64,000 bases of DNA from Clostridia bacterium. Lineage in GTDB: Bacteria > Bacillota > Clostridia > Christensenellales > CAG-138. Below are positions 17,184 through 27,082 of the stretch, piece by piece. Below the pieces are notes generated by a model. It did not search any database. It was not told the DNA's origin and saw only the letters and a list, made by a program, of their open reading frames with translations. Position 1 is the stretch's first letter. Each line of letters starts with the position of its first letter. The stretch is from contig JAUNBM010000003.1 in assembly GCA_030527115.1 (NCBI GenBank), forward strand, positions 5,837 to 69,836, in the 5' to 3' direction. The position numbers and the translations under genes were made by a program.

Positions 17184-17989
17184 ACGGAATCAGACTTGAC
17201 AACGAGATGACGGAGCGCGGGCTTGCGCCCTCGCGGGAGAAAGCGCGGGCGCTGATAATGGCGGGCGCGGTATATGTGGACGGCATTAAGGCTGAAAAAG
17301 CGGGGCAGGCGGTTAAGGCGGGGGCGAGCATCACGGTTAAAGACGACGCGCTTCCCTTTGTCAGCCGCGGCGGCTTAAAGCTCGACAAGGCGATAAGGAG
17401 CTTTGCGATTGATCTTAGTGAAAAGGTCTGCGCGGATATCGGAGCTTCGACCGGCGGCTTCACCGACTGTATGCTTCAAAACGGGGCGAAGCGCGTGTAT
17501 GCGCTGGACGTGGGCTACGGTCAGCTGGATTGGAAGCTGAGGAACGATCCGAGGGTGGCTGTAATGGAGCGAACCAACGCCAGGTTTATGTCGCCGGAGT
17601 TGTTTGAATCATCGCTGGACTTCGCGTCGATAGACGTTTCGTTCATCTCGCTCCGCCTGATACTGCCGCCGCTTTTTAACTGCCTGGCTCCGGAGGCGAA
17701 GGTGGTGGCGCTTATCAAACCGCAGTTTGAAGCGGGGCGTTCGGAGGTTGGCAAAAACGGGGTGATTCGCGACAAAACGATTCACCGGCGCGTATGCGCG
17801 GAGCTTATGGACTTTGCCGATGGGGCGGGCTATACGGTTTTGGGGCTTACTTATTCACCGATAACCGGGCCGAAGGGCAATATCGAGTTTCTGCTGTATC
17901 TTCAAAAGGGCGGGGACAAAAACGGGACAAGCAGGGCTGATTGGGCGGATTTGATCCAAAAAACGGTCGAACAAGCCCATTCCGGCTAA
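17180..17989 (+). CDS. tlyA: TlyA-family 16S/23S rRNA (cytidine-2'-O)-methyltransferase
   Basis: RLD..MTERGLAPSREKARALI (S4 domain), SRGGLKL and DIGASTGGFTD. Confidence 0.9.
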   Translation: MNGIRLDNEMTERGLAPSREKARALIMAGAVYVDGIKAEKAGQAVKAGASITVKDDALPFVSRGGLKLDKAIRSFAIDLSEKVCADIGASTGGFTDCMLQNGAKRVYALDVGYGQLDWKLRNDPRVAVMERTNARFMSPELFESSLDFASIDVSFISLRLILPPLFNCLAPEAKVVALIKPQFEAGRSEVGKNGVIRDKTIHRRVCAELMDFADGAGYTVLGLTYSPITGPKGNIEFLLYLQKGGDKNGTSRADWADLIQKTVEQAHSG

Positions 17990-18087
17990 AAATTTGTTAA
18001 AAGATTATTCACAAATGACTTGTATTTTTATCCGCAAGAATGTATAATATGCTTGCTATATTCATCAGGGACAGGAGTTGAACGGCG

Positions 18088-18864
18088 TTGCATCTTTGTT
18101 TTGCGGCAAACCCTAAGCGGACTCAAACCATCGAGGTGGAAAAAAGGCTTATGAGGCTTGCCCAAGAGAGAGGCTTCGACTGTTCGAGACTGTCCGACGG
18201 CGGCGGCGAGGGTTCGGACATTCTCGTTGTCATTGGGGGCGACGGTTCGCTGATCCACAATGCCGGGATAAGCTGTGAGCGCGGCTTGCCGATGCTCGGG
18301 GTTCATTTCGGCAGGGTGGGCTTTTTGAGCGAGTGTCGGGAGGAAGATTTTTCAAATGCGCTTGATTTATTGCGCGAAGGAAGGTATACTCTCGATTCCA
18401 GGCGGATGATGGCCTGCTCGATCAACGGGGGAGCCAAGGTGCATTGCCTTAACGACGTGCTTTTGTTTAAGCACAGTTTTTCGGGCGTTGCGGAGATGGA
18501 GCTTTCGATCGACGGGGAGGCGGCTGGCACGATATTTGGGGACGGGATAGTCGTTGCCACGCCGACAGGCGCTACTGCCTATTCGCTTTCCGCAGGCGGG
18601 CCGATAATAGCGGACGGGCTTGACGCGGTGGTTATCACGCCGATCTGCCCGCATACGCTTCATATGCGCCCGATAGTCGCATCCTGCGAGGCTGAAATCT
18701 GCCTGCAGGTCAAGGGAATGGGCATGGTCGCCGCTGATGGAACGAGGATAGCCGAGGTGCATACCGGCGACAAAATCATGCTCGGCAGTTCGGACAAAAC
18801 GGTTTCGTTCGTCCGGTTTGCCAAAAGAAACTTATTTTTCAGCATTCAACAGAAGTTGAGGTAG
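18088..18864 (+). CDS. nadK: NAD kinase
   Basis: VVIGGDGSLIH, ATPTGATAYSLSAGGPI. TTG start. Confidence 0.9.
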   Translation: MHLCFAANPKRTQTIEVEKRLMRLAQERGFDCSRLSDGGGEGSDILVVIGGDGSLIHNAGISCERGLPMLGVHFGRVGFLSECREEDFSNALDLLREGRYTLDSRRMMACSINGGAKVHCLNDVLLFKHSFSGVAEMELSIDGEAAGTIFGDGIVVATPTGATAYSLSAGGPIIADGLDAVVITPICPHTLHMRPIVASCEAEICLQVKGMGMVAADGTRIAEVHTGDKIMLGSSDKTVSFVRFAKRNLFFSIQQKLR

Positions 18865-18884
18865 TAAAAGGATTAGAGGTGGCT

Positions 18885-19337
18885 ATGAAAACAAAAAGAC
18901 ATTCGGCAATCATGAAGATCATTACGTCTCAGAACGTTGAGACGCAGGAGGAGCTTGCGGGAATTTTGTCCACTTTGGGCTTTACCGTAACTCAGGCGAC
19001 GGTTTCGCGCGACATCAAGGAGTTGCGCCTTATAAAGGTGCTGACTAACGAGGGCCGGTATAAGTACGCGACGGTGGACAAGGCCGAGTCCGATATGCAG
19101 GAACGCTTTATCCGCCTGTTTGCCAACTGCGTAATGTCGGTAACCAGCGCGGGCAACATCATCGTCGTCAAGACTATGGCTGGCAGCGCCTCCGTTGCCG
19201 GCGAGGCGATAGATTCGCTGAAGTGGCCGGAAATCGCCGGTTCGATAGCCGGAGATAATACGATCTTTGTTGCGATCCGCGAAGGCAAGAACGTTGCGGA
19301 GATAGTTAAGCGTTTTCAGAAGATGCTTAAATCCTAA
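18885..19337 (+). CDS. argR: arginine repressor
   Basis: KRHSAIMKIITSQNVETQEELAGILSTLGFTVTQATVSRDIKEL and a GDNTIFV C-terminal domain. The alternative GTG at 18879 adds 2 aa. Confidence 0.9.
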   Translation: MKTKRHSAIMKIITSQNVETQEELAGILSTLGFTVTQATVSRDIKELRLIKVLTNEGRYKYATVDKAESDMQERFIRLFANCVMSVTSAGNIIVVKTMAGSASVAGEAIDSLKWPEIAGSIAGDNTIFVAIREGKNVAEIVKRFQKMLKS

Positions 19338-19351
19338 GCGGCGGCAGTCCC

Positions 19352-21019
19352 GTGCTAAAGAGGATACATATATCCAATATTGCGCTCATAGATAAGCTTG
19401 ACGTCGAGTTCGATGCAGGCTTTTCTGCGCTTACGGGCGAGACCGGCGCGGGCAAAACGATCCTGATAGAGGCCGTGGGCTTTGTGCTGGGGGAGCGCGC
19501 AAGCCGCGAGAGCATTCAAAGCGGCGCGGAGAGGGGGAGCGTCGAAGCGGTTTTTACCGTGGATAAGGACGGGCCGGCGGCGGAGTATTTAAGGCGGCAG
19601 GAGCTGTACGAGGGGGAGGAGCTAACGCTCTATCGCGAGCTGAGCCTCAGCGGGAGGAACAGTTGCCGGATAAACGGCACCTTGGTTTCGGCGGCGGAAT
19701 TAAAGGCACTGGGCGATCTGCTCTGCGATATGCACGGTCAGCATGCCCATCAGAGCCTTCTCAACAGCCGCACTCATCTTGAACTGCTCGACAGCTATGC
19801 GCAAAGCAACCGCGACGGCCTCATGGACAGGCTCGCCGCGAAGCGGGACGAGGCGGCGGACGCATACCGGAGGAAGAAGGCGCTGCTCGACAGCATACGC
19901 GAGCGGGAGCGGCGGCTGGAGATGATAGCCTATCAGCTAAAAGAGATCGAAGCCGCCGGGTTAAAGGCGGGCGAGGAGGAGGAGCTGGAGGCGCAGAAGA
20001 AGCGAATGCAGAGCGCCGAGGAGATATCCGAAGGGCTGAATGCGGCTCACGAGCGGCTGAACGGGGAGAACGGAAGCCTGCCGGGCCTCTTTGAAGCTCG
20101 TGCGGCGTTGCGTCCGCTTTGCGAATTCGATCCCGAGTACAAGGCGGCATATGAGCGGCTGGAGGAAGCCTATTACACCCTCGAGGACGTGGGGTTCACC
20201 CTTAGGGACGCGGTGCATTCGTTCCAGTTCGATCCCCGGCTTTTGGAGGAGGCGGAGAGCCGGCTGGCGCTGATCCATTCGCTCAAGCGCAAATATGGGG
20301 CGAGCATAGCCGAGATTCTAAACTATCGTGACAGGCTTGCGCTGGAGAGGGACGAGCTTCTGATGGGGGAGGCAAATTTAGAACAGCTCGAAAAGGTTGA
20401 GCAAAGGGCGCGGGACGATTTTGAAAAGCTCTGTTTGGAGCTGTCCTCCCGTCGGCAGGAGGCGGCGCAAGCGCTCAAGGGCGCGCTTGCAGTTGAGCTT
20501 GCCGCGCTTGGAATGCCCAACGCGAGGTTTTCGGTTGAGTTCGAGCGCGTCCCTGCCGAACAGCTTTCGGAGAACGGGATTGACGAGGCCGAATTCTATC
20601 TATCCGCCAACCGGGGCGAACCGCTAAAGCCGCTGGTTAAGGTTGCGTCGGGCGGCGAGATTTCCAGAATCATGCTCGCTTTCAAGGTCGTGCTTGCCTC
20701 AAGCGACCATATCGACACCCTGATTTTCGACGAGATCGACACGGGGATATCCGGGCTGATAGCCAACGAAGTGGCAAAGAAGATGGAGGAGCTGTCGAGG
20801 TCGCATCAACTGCTCTGCGTCACGCATCTTGCGCAGATAGCGGCGCGGGCGGACAGGCATTACATAGTTTATAAAGAGGTCTTTGGCGACAGTACGCGCT
20901 CGCGGGTAAGACTGCTTTCCGAATCCGAGCGCGCGCCTGAGCTTGCCAGAATCATGGGCAGCGACGGGCGCGACAAGGCGGCGCTTGAACACGCGGAGCA
21001 TATGTTGAGGAACGACTGA
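19352..21019 (+). CDS. recN: DNA repair protein RecN
   Basis: LTGETGAGKTIL Walker A, long coiled coil, ASGGEISRIMLA signature, LIFDEIDTGISG. Confidence 0.95.
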   Translation: MLKRIHISNIALIDKLDVEFDAGFSALTGETGAGKTILIEAVGFVLGERASRESIQSGAERGSVEAVFTVDKDGPAAEYLRRQELYEGEELTLYRELSLSGRNSCRINGTLVSAAELKALGDLLCDMHGQHAHQSLLNSRTHLELLDSYAQSNRDGLMDRLAAKRDEAADAYRRKKALLDSIRERERRLEMIAYQLKEIEAAGLKAGEEEELEAQKKRMQSAEEISEGLNAAHERLNGENGSLPGLFEARAALRPLCEFDPEYKAAYERLEEAYYTLEDVGFTLRDAVHSFQFDPRLLEEAESRLALIHSLKRKYGASIAEILNYRDRLALERDELLMGEANLEQLEKVEQRARDDFEKLCLELSSRRQEAAQALKGALAVELAALGMPNARFSVEFERVPAEQLSENGIDEAEFYLSANRGEPLKPLVKVASGGEISRIMLAFKVVLASSDHIDTLIFDEIDTGISGLIANEVAKKMEELSRSHQLLCVTHLAQIAARADRHYIVYKEVFGDSTRSRVRLLSESERAPELARIMGSDGRDKAALEHAEHMLRND

Positions 21020-21081
21020 GCCTTAGCATGGGCGCCGGTTCGGCGCGACGGTCGAAAAATTTGCGTTTTGTAAAATAATGC

Positions 21082-21110
21082 TTGCTTTTTTGCCTTTGCT
21101 GTGGTAGAAT
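21082..21110 (+). promoter_or_regulatory. promoter of rpsT
   Basis: TTGCTT, 17 nt, TAGAAT with a TG at the extended -10 position. Confidence 0.55.
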
Positions 21111-21166
21111 AGCGCCTGTTCGAGCGGATTCCCGCTTCGGATAATATGACCAGGGGGTAAAATGCT

Positions 21167-21421
21167 TTGGCTAACATTAAATCCGCTATCAAACGTGCAA
21201 AGATTTCCGAGAAGCAGAACCTGCGTAACCGCATGGCAAAGTCGGAGATTAAGACCGTCATTCGTCGCTTTGACGAGGCGATCGCAGCAGGCGATAAGGA
21301 AGCCATCGAAGCAGCTTATACTTTGGCGGTTAAGACCGTCGATCAGGCTGCCGCAAAAGGCGTGATTCACAAGAACAACGCCGATCGCAAAAAGGCACAG
21401 CTGGCAAAAAAACTTGCCTGA
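21167..21421 (+). CDS. rpsT: 30S ribosomal protein S20
   Basis: (M)ANIKSAIKRAKISEKQNLRN. TTG start. Confidence 0.92.
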   Translation: MANIKSAIKRAKISEKQNLRNRMAKSEIKTVIRRFDEAIAAGDKEAIEAAYTLAVKTVDQAAAKGVIHKNNADRKKAQLAKKLA

Positions 21422-21443
21422 TCCCTGTTACTACAAAATATTT

Positions 21444-21472
21444 GCGCCGGAATCATGCCGGCGCTTTATTTT
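21444..21472. terminator. intrinsic terminator between convergent rpsT and recG
   Basis: GCGCCGG-AATCATG-CCGGCGC followed by TTTATTTT. An A/T run also lies on the other side. Confidence 0.7.
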
Positions 21473-21500
21473 ATATTCGTTGCAATGACGGTTTTACAAT

Positions 21501-23489
21501 TCAGTTTAAAACGATATCGCGCCTTTCGGCAAAGGTCGCGGCCGCCCTTTGAATCAATTCAAAATTGACCGCGCTCGGCATCGCCAAGATGTCCTTCGCC
21601 GCCTCGCTCGCCCGGCTCAATACCGCCGGAGGCATCGCCGCAAGGTTCTTCCAGCGCGCTTCGTCCCCGTGCTGGCGCGTTCCGAGCAGTTCGCCCGCGC
21701 CCCGTATGCTCAGATCCATCTCGGACAGCTCGAAGCCGTCGTTTGTGGAGAGCAAAGCGCTTATCCGCTCGTTTTGACGCGGCTCGATTTCGTCCGCAAG
21801 CAGGAAGCAATAGGATTGCTTGTCCCCGCGCCCAACCCTGCCTCGAAGCTGGTGAAGCGTGGCAAGGCCGAAGCGGTCGGCGCTCTCTATAACCATATTG
21901 ACCGCGTTTTTAACGTCGATTCCCACCTCGATAACCGTAGTCGCTATCAACACCGATATTTCGCCCGCCTGAAAGCTTTGCATCACGCGGCTCTTTTCGC
22001 TTTCGTGCATCCTGCCGTGCAACAGGCCGAAGCTAATGTCCGGATATCTCTCCCGAAGTTCAGAATAAAGCTCCACCGCCGAAACGAGGTCGGAGTCGCC
22101 GGCGCTCTCTATAAGCGGGCAAACCACATAGCTTTGATTGCCCCTCTTTGCGTCCTCGCAGAGATAGGAGTACAGGGCGTCGCGCTTAGCGGCGGGGATA
22201 AAGCGCGTCTTGACGCTCCTGCGTCCCTTGGGAAGCTCGTCGATGACCGACAGATCCAAATCGCCGTAAAGTATCAAGGAGAGCGTTCTCGGAATCGGAG
22301 TCGCGCTCATAACCAGCGTATCGGGCCTGAGCCCTTTTTGAAGGAGCTTTGCGCGTTGCGCCACTCCAAAGCGGTGTTGCTCGTCGGTAACCACCAGCCC
22401 GAGCTTGTCAAAAACCACGGACTCGCCAAGCAATGCGTGCGTTCCGACGACTACGCTCAGCTCGCCGCTTCTGATTCTCTCGTTTATCAGCTTTCGCTCA
22501 TGCGCCGTATCGCTTCCGAGCAAAAGCCCGCAGGTTCTTCCAAACAGGCGCTTTAGGGTTTCATAGTGTTGTCGGGCAAGTATCTCGGTCGGAGCCATAA
22601 AAGCGCCCTGATAGCCGTTTGCGGCGGCGATAGCCAGCGCAAATTCGGCTATCATAGTCTTGCCGGAGCCAACGTCGCCCTGAATAAGGCGGTTCATCAG
22701 CAGGGGGCGGGACATATCCGCCGCGACCTCGTCCATAACCCGAAGCTGCGCTTTGGTTGGCTCAAACGGGAGCTTTTTCAAAAAGCGTTCCTTTATACCG
22801 TCGACTTCAAAGCTGACGCCAACGTGCCTTTTGCGCTCGTCCTTTTGCGCTTCGACAATCAACAGATAGATCAGAGCTTCTTCAAAGGCGCGGCGCTCCA
22901 TAGCCGAGCGCAGGGTCTCGCTTGAGGTCGGGCGGTGTAATTCAAAAACCATACGGGGGCGGGACATGAGCGAATAGCGCTCCAAAACTTCAAAGGGCAG
23001 GCTTTCGTATACGGGAACCCGTTCGAGCGCCTCAGAGACGCAGTTTTTAAAGATGGTTTGCGACAGGCCGGTACAGCTCTCATAAATCGGGGTTATGCCG
23101 CCTCCGCCCATCGAGATGGCGGGGTTCGCCATCGACCAGCCTTTCTTTTTTGCGGGCCTGCCGGTGGCAAAAACCCAGCCGCCTACGGGAAGCTGATTAG
23201 CGCGATAGGGCTGGTTGAACCAGCGGAGCGTAATCCGCCCGCTCTCGTCCTCCGCCGTGAAGCTGACGATGGATAGCTTGCCCTTGTAAAAAACCTGCGG
23301 CTTGGAAACGAGCCTGACGCGGATGGTGGTATTTTCGCCCTCCAAAAGCTCGCTCACCGGCTTTGGATTGGACAGGTCTATATAAGCCACCGGCCAAAAG
23401 CTTTGAATATCCTCCAGCGTAAACAAACCCAGCCGGTTCAACAGCTCGACCCTGCGCCTGCCTATTCCCTTTATATCGGTAAGTTCCAT
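21501..23489 (-). CDS. recG: ATP-dependent DNA helicase RecG
   Basis: 662 aa. LIQGDVGSGKT (Walker A), VTDEQHRFG (DEQH box), QLRGRVGRG. Confidence 0.95.
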   Translation of the reverse strand: MELTDIKGIGRRRVELLNRLGLFTLEDIQSFWPVAYIDLSNPKPVSELLEGENTTIRVRLVSKPQVFYKGKLSIVSFTAEDESGRITLRWFNQPYRANQLPVGGWVFATGRPAKKKGWSMANPAISMGGGGITPIYESCTGLSQTIFKNCVSEALERVPVYESLPFEVLERYSLMSRPRMVFELHRPTSSETLRSAMERRAFEEALIYLLIVEAQKDERKRHVGVSFEVDGIKERFLKKLPFEPTKAQLRVMDEVAADMSRPLLMNRLIQGDVGSGKTMIAEFALAIAAANGYQGAFMAPTEILARQHYETLKRLFGRTCGLLLGSDTAHERKLINERIRSGELSVVVGTHALLGESVVFDKLGLVVTDEQHRFGVAQRAKLLQKGLRPDTLVMSATPIPRTLSLILYGDLDLSVIDELPKGRRSVKTRFIPAAKRDALYSYLCEDAKRGNQSYVVCPLIESAGDSDLVSAVELYSELRERYPDISFGLLHGRMHESEKSRVMQSFQAGEISVLIATTVIEVGIDVKNAVNMVIESADRFGLATLHQLRGRVGRGDKQSYCFLLADEIEPRQNERISALLSTNDGFELSEMDLSIRGAGELLGTRQHGDEARWKNLAAMPPAVLSRASEAAKDILAMPSAVNFELIQRAAATFAERRDIVLN

Positions 23490-23577
23490 AGCTATAAAAA
23501 ATAAGAGCCGTCACAGCGGCCCTTGCGGGCTTCCTGCCGGGGCAAGCTCGGCGGAAGCCCAAAAAAGTCGATTGAAT

Positions 23578-25224
23578 TTACTCCACCGAGAAGTAGTAAT
23601 AATACAAGGGCTGGCCGCCGTCCTGTATCAATACCTCCGCATCGGGAAACTCCTCGTTTACCTGCTCTGCGAGAGCTTCGGCGCGTTCCTTATCCACCGA
23701 TTCGCCGTGGAACAGGGTTACAACGGGGTCGCTTTGCGCGCGCTTGGCTATCATCTTTCTGAGCAACATCAGCCCCGCTTCGTCCACCTCGCCGTTGACC
23801 ACAACGATATCGCCGTCCATTATCCCGATTATATCGCCGGAGTTGATCTTAGTTCCGTTATACTGGGTGTCGCGGACGGCATAGGTGATGGCGCCGGAAA
23901 TGACCTGCTCTATCGCTTCGAGCATATTGGCCTTGTTTTCCTCAACCCCGTCGTCGGGGTTGAAAGTCATAGCCGCGGCTATTCCCTGGGGAATCGTCTT
24001 TGTCGGCAAAACGATAACGTTGACGTCGCAAAGCTCCTTTGCCTGCTCTGCGGCGAGGATTATGTTGCTGTTGTTCGGAAGCACAAAAACATTTCTTGCG
24101 TTCACGAGCCTAATAGCATTGACGATGGTATCAATGCTGGGATTCATCGTCTGCCCGCCCTGGATAATCTTGTTGACCGACAGATCCGAGAAGATGGCGT
24201 TGACTCCCTCGCCCGTGCTGACGGCTATCATCGCATACTCAGCCTCGTTGCGCCTGCGGTTTTCCAAAAGCTGGCGGTTTTGCTCGCGCATATTCTCAAT
24301 CTTCAGGCGGTCAAGCTCGCCATAGCGCATCGCCATTTGCAGTATCTTGCCGGGGCAGTCGGAGTGGACGTGAACTTTAACCATATCCGCGTCGCTTGCT
24401 ACGACGACGGAATCGCCTATGCGCATCAAATGCTCGCGGAAAACATCCAAATCCTTTTCGGAGAAGCCCGGAACGAGCCGCACGATGAAAAACTCCGTGC
24501 AGTAGCCAAATTCTATCGTATCGGTGGTAAAGGACTCCAAATCCGCCTGTTCGTTCGTCTCGACCGGTTCCTCAACCGCAATTTCAATCTCGCTGAGATC
24601 CTCGCCTGAGAGCGCGGCGGCGAAGCCGCGATAGATTATCAGCAGTCCCTTGCCGCCCGAGTCGACCACGCCCGCCTCCTTCAAAACGGGGAGCAGGGTC
24701 GGGGTAAGAGCGAGCGCGGTTTCACCCGCCTCAAGGATGGTATCAAACAGCTCGTTCACGTTTGGATTCTTGCCGTTCGCAAACGGGGCGGCGGCCTCTG
24801 CCATCATTCGGGAAACGGTGAGGATGGTACCCTCACGGGGCTTCATAACCGCCTTGTAAGCGGCCTGCGTTCCGTCGTTCAGCGCCAGCGCAAAGGTGGA
24901 CGCATCCAGCTCGACATTGCCCTTGACGCGCTTGGCAAAGCCGCGAAAGAGCTGGGACAGGATAACGCCGGAGTTTCCGCGCGCGCCGCGCAGGGAACCG
25001 GAAGCCACAACCGTCATAACCTGATCGACGCTTATATCGTCGGGCAGGGTTTTCAACTCCTTAATCGCGCCGCGCATCGTCATGCACATATTCGTTCCCG
25101 TGTCCCCGTCGGGCACGGGGAAAACGTTGAGCGCATCAATGTGCGCCTTATTCTGCTCCAAAAGTGCAGCCCCGCTCAGAAACATATTTCGGAGCATAGC
25201 ACCATTGATCGTCGTAATATTCAA
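23578..25224 (-). CDS. yloV: DAK2-domain fusion protein YloV
   Basis: ALNVFPVPDGDTGTNM. TTG start at 25224 lies 7 nt after GGAGGT. The track ORF start at 25272 overlaps the asp23 end. Confidence 0.88.
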   Translation of the reverse strand: MNITTINGAMLRNMFLSGAALLEQNKAHIDALNVFPVPDGDTGTNMCMTMRGAIKELKTLPDDISVDQVMTVVASGSLRGARGNSGVILSQLFRGFAKRVKGNVELDASTFALALNDGTQAAYKAVMKPREGTILTVSRMMAEAAAPFANGKNPNVNELFDTILEAGETALALTPTLLPVLKEAGVVDSGGKGLLIIYRGFAAALSGEDLSEIEIAVEEPVETNEQADLESFTTDTIEFGYCTEFFIVRLVPGFSEKDLDVFREHLMRIGDSVVVASDADMVKVHVHSDCPGKILQMAMRYGELDRLKIENMREQNRQLLENRRRNEAEYAMIAVSTGEGVNAIFSDLSVNKIIQGGQTMNPSIDTIVNAIRLVNARNVFVLPNNSNIILAAEQAKELCDVNVIVLPTKTIPQGIAAAMTFNPDDGVEENKANMLEAIEQVISGAITYAVRDTQYNGTKINSGDIIGIMDGDIVVVNGEVDEAGLMLLRKMIAKRAQSDPVVTLFHGESVDKERAEALAEQVNEEFPDAEVLIQDGGQPLYYYYFSVE

Positions 25225-25243
25225 TGAATGTACCTCCAACCTA

Positions 25244-25603
25244 TCAATCCTGAACGCGGATATTCTCCACATGGATATGTACGTTGCGCACGGATACGCC
25301 CGTCATCTCCTCCACGCGGTATTTAACGTTATCCTTCGCATTCTGCGCTACGGCAGGCAAAGAAACCCCGTATTGCAACGTAACGTAGAGATGAATGTCC
25401 ACTTCGTTTACGGACACCGCCTCAACCTTTACGCCCTTTTTCAAATTGTCACGGCCGAACAGGTCGATTATCGAATCTATCGCCTTCTTTGAGCTCATTC
25501 CGACAATGCCATAGTTCTCAACGGCGGCATATCCGGCGATACTTGCGATCAAATCTTCCGGTATGGTAATCGTGCCCAGACTATTAACGGATTCAGTAGC
25601 CAT
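25244..25603 (-). CDS. Asp23/Gls24-family envelope stress protein
   Basis: 119 aa. TIPEDLIASIAGYAAVENYGIVGM. Canonical partner upstream of yloV. Confidence 0.88.
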   Translation of the reverse strand: MATESVNSLGTITIPEDLIASIAGYAAVENYGIVGMSSKKAIDSIIDLFGRDNLKKGVKVEAVSVNEVDIHLYVTLQYGVSLPAVAQNAKDNVKYRVEEMTGVSVRNVHIHVENIRVQD

Positions 25604-25647
25604 AAAGCTCCTCCTGCTGATTTAGTATATTGTAAAAGGTTCGTTCC

Positions 25648-26388
25648 TTATTCGTCGTCGGGGAACACCCCGTTGTGATAGACTTCCTGAACGTCGTCGT
25701 TATCGTCGAGCCTCTCCAAAAAACGCTCGATCTTTTCAATCGTCTCCGGATCGGAAATATTCGCGGTATTCTGCGGAAGCATGCTGATTTCGGCGGAGAT
25801 AAACTCATAGCCGCAACCTTCGAGCTGTTCGCGAACGCTCGAAAAGTCCGTGGGCGCGGTGTAAATCTCAAAGGCGTCGTCCTTAGCTTCAAAGTCCTCC
25901 GCTCCGGCCTCAAGCGCCTGCATCATAACCTCATCCTCGTCCATCAACGCGGTACGTTCAATGACGATAACGCCGCGCTTGTTAAACATCCATGCAACCG
26001 AGCCGCTCGCTCCGATATTGCCGCCGCTTTTGGAGAAGATATGCCTCATCTCCGCGGCGATGCGGTTGCGGTTGTCGGTCAGCACGTTGACTATGACGGC
26101 GAGATTGCCGGGGCCGTAGCCCTCGTAGACGACCTCCTCATAGTTCACCGAGCCGCCCTCGCCGGTCGCCTTCTTAATCGAACGCATTATGTTGTCGTTG
26201 GGCATATTATTCGCCTTAGCCTTGGCGATAACGTCGCGAAGCTTGGAATTGTTCGACGGGTCTCCGCCGCCGCCTTCCTTAACGGCTATCGCGATTTCGC
26301 GTCCGATCTTGGTAAATATCTTGCCCCGTTGAGCGTCGGTCTTTTCTTTTTTATTCTTTATATTCGCCCATTTTGAATGTCCAGACAT
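25648..26388 (-). CDS. YebC/PmpR-family transcriptional regulator
   Basis: MSGHSKWANIKNKKEKTDAQRGKIFTK. Confidence 0.93.
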   Translation of the reverse strand: MSGHSKWANIKNKKEKTDAQRGKIFTKIGREIAIAVKEGGGGDPSNNSKLRDVIAKAKANNMPNDNIMRSIKKATGEGGSVNYEEVVYEGYGPGNLAVIVNVLTDNRNRIAAEMRHIFSKSGGNIGASGSVAWMFNKRGVIVIERTALMDEDEVMMQALEAGAEDFEAKDDAFEIYTAPTDFSSVREQLEGCGYEFISAEISMLPQNTANISDPETIEKIERFLERLDDNDDVQEVYHNGVFPDDE

Positions 26389-26410
26389 AAATCATCCTCC
26401 TGATTCTATT

Positions 26411-27082
26411 TTAAAGCATAGAAGCCGCTTCTTCATCGAGAATAAACACAGCGTTGGCATGAAGCTGTAAAAGGCTTGCGGGAACCGAATCGCCAACGGA
26501 ACCCTTGAGCGAACGGGACACGGCTTGAGCCTTGTCCTTGCCGGTGGCGATAACCACCAGCTTCTTCGCCATCATCACCGTGGTCAGCCCCGCGCATATC
26601 GCCTTGGCGCCCTTGTAGGCCTCCACATGGGTTATGGGGGCGAGATCGCCGCCGGTTCCGTTAAACAGCAGTCCGCCGTCGTCCTTAATCGTGAGGAGCG
26701 CAATATCCATTCCGCCGAGGCTTAGGATGCTCTCCTCAAAATCGTTGCAGGCAAGCGCCCAGTTTTCACTCTGACGGGGCGGCAAATAATACTGCTGTGC
26801 AAGCAGATGCGCCGGCTCGTAAAGCAGTTCAAAGAGGCGGTCGCGAACCGAGGTCGACGCCGTCTCGGAGATCAGATACTCGCAGAGCTGAAAAAGGCGA
26901 ATCCTGCTCCAATCGAGCAGTCCGTTTCCGGTCATGGCCGCCAAAGAGGCGTAAACCGGATGGAGCGCCTCGTCATAGTCCATTCCTATAACGGTCGACG
27001 GCTTTTCTATGAGCTGGGCGGCTATCAAGGTCGCCGCCGCGGCGGCTGCCGTCTGTTTGTCCGAATATACCAGTATGCTCAT
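26411..27082 (-). CDS. NagB/6-phosphogluconolactonase-fold protein with degenerate catalytic motifs
   Basis: It aligns along its length with the genuine NagB at 46263-46982. The C-terminus PASLLQLHANAVFILDEEAASML matches PASVLQLHPFVEIYLDEEAASLL, but the catalytic motif positions are substituted. Confidence 0.7.
   Translation of the reverse strand: MSILVYSDKQTAAAAAATLIAAQLIEKPSTVIGMDYDEALHPVYASLAAMTGNGLLDWSRIRLFQLCEYLISETASTSVRDRLFELLYEPAHLLAQQYYLPPRQSENWALACNDFEESILSLGGMDIALLTIKDDGGLLFNGTGGDLAPITHVEAYKGAKAICAGLTTVMMAKKLVVIATGKDKAQAVSRSLKGSVGDSVPASLLQLHANAVFILDEEAASML

Noticed and set aside
21081-21094. The 14-nt string CTTGCTTTTTTGCC, shared with 36195-36208.
   Set aside because: Both copies coincide with a TTGCTT -35 hexamer and the start of the spacer of ordinary promoters (rpsT, lepA). 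By my rough estimate, about a dozen identical 14-mer pairs would be expected by chance in 64 kb, so I do not treat it as a specific regulatory motif.
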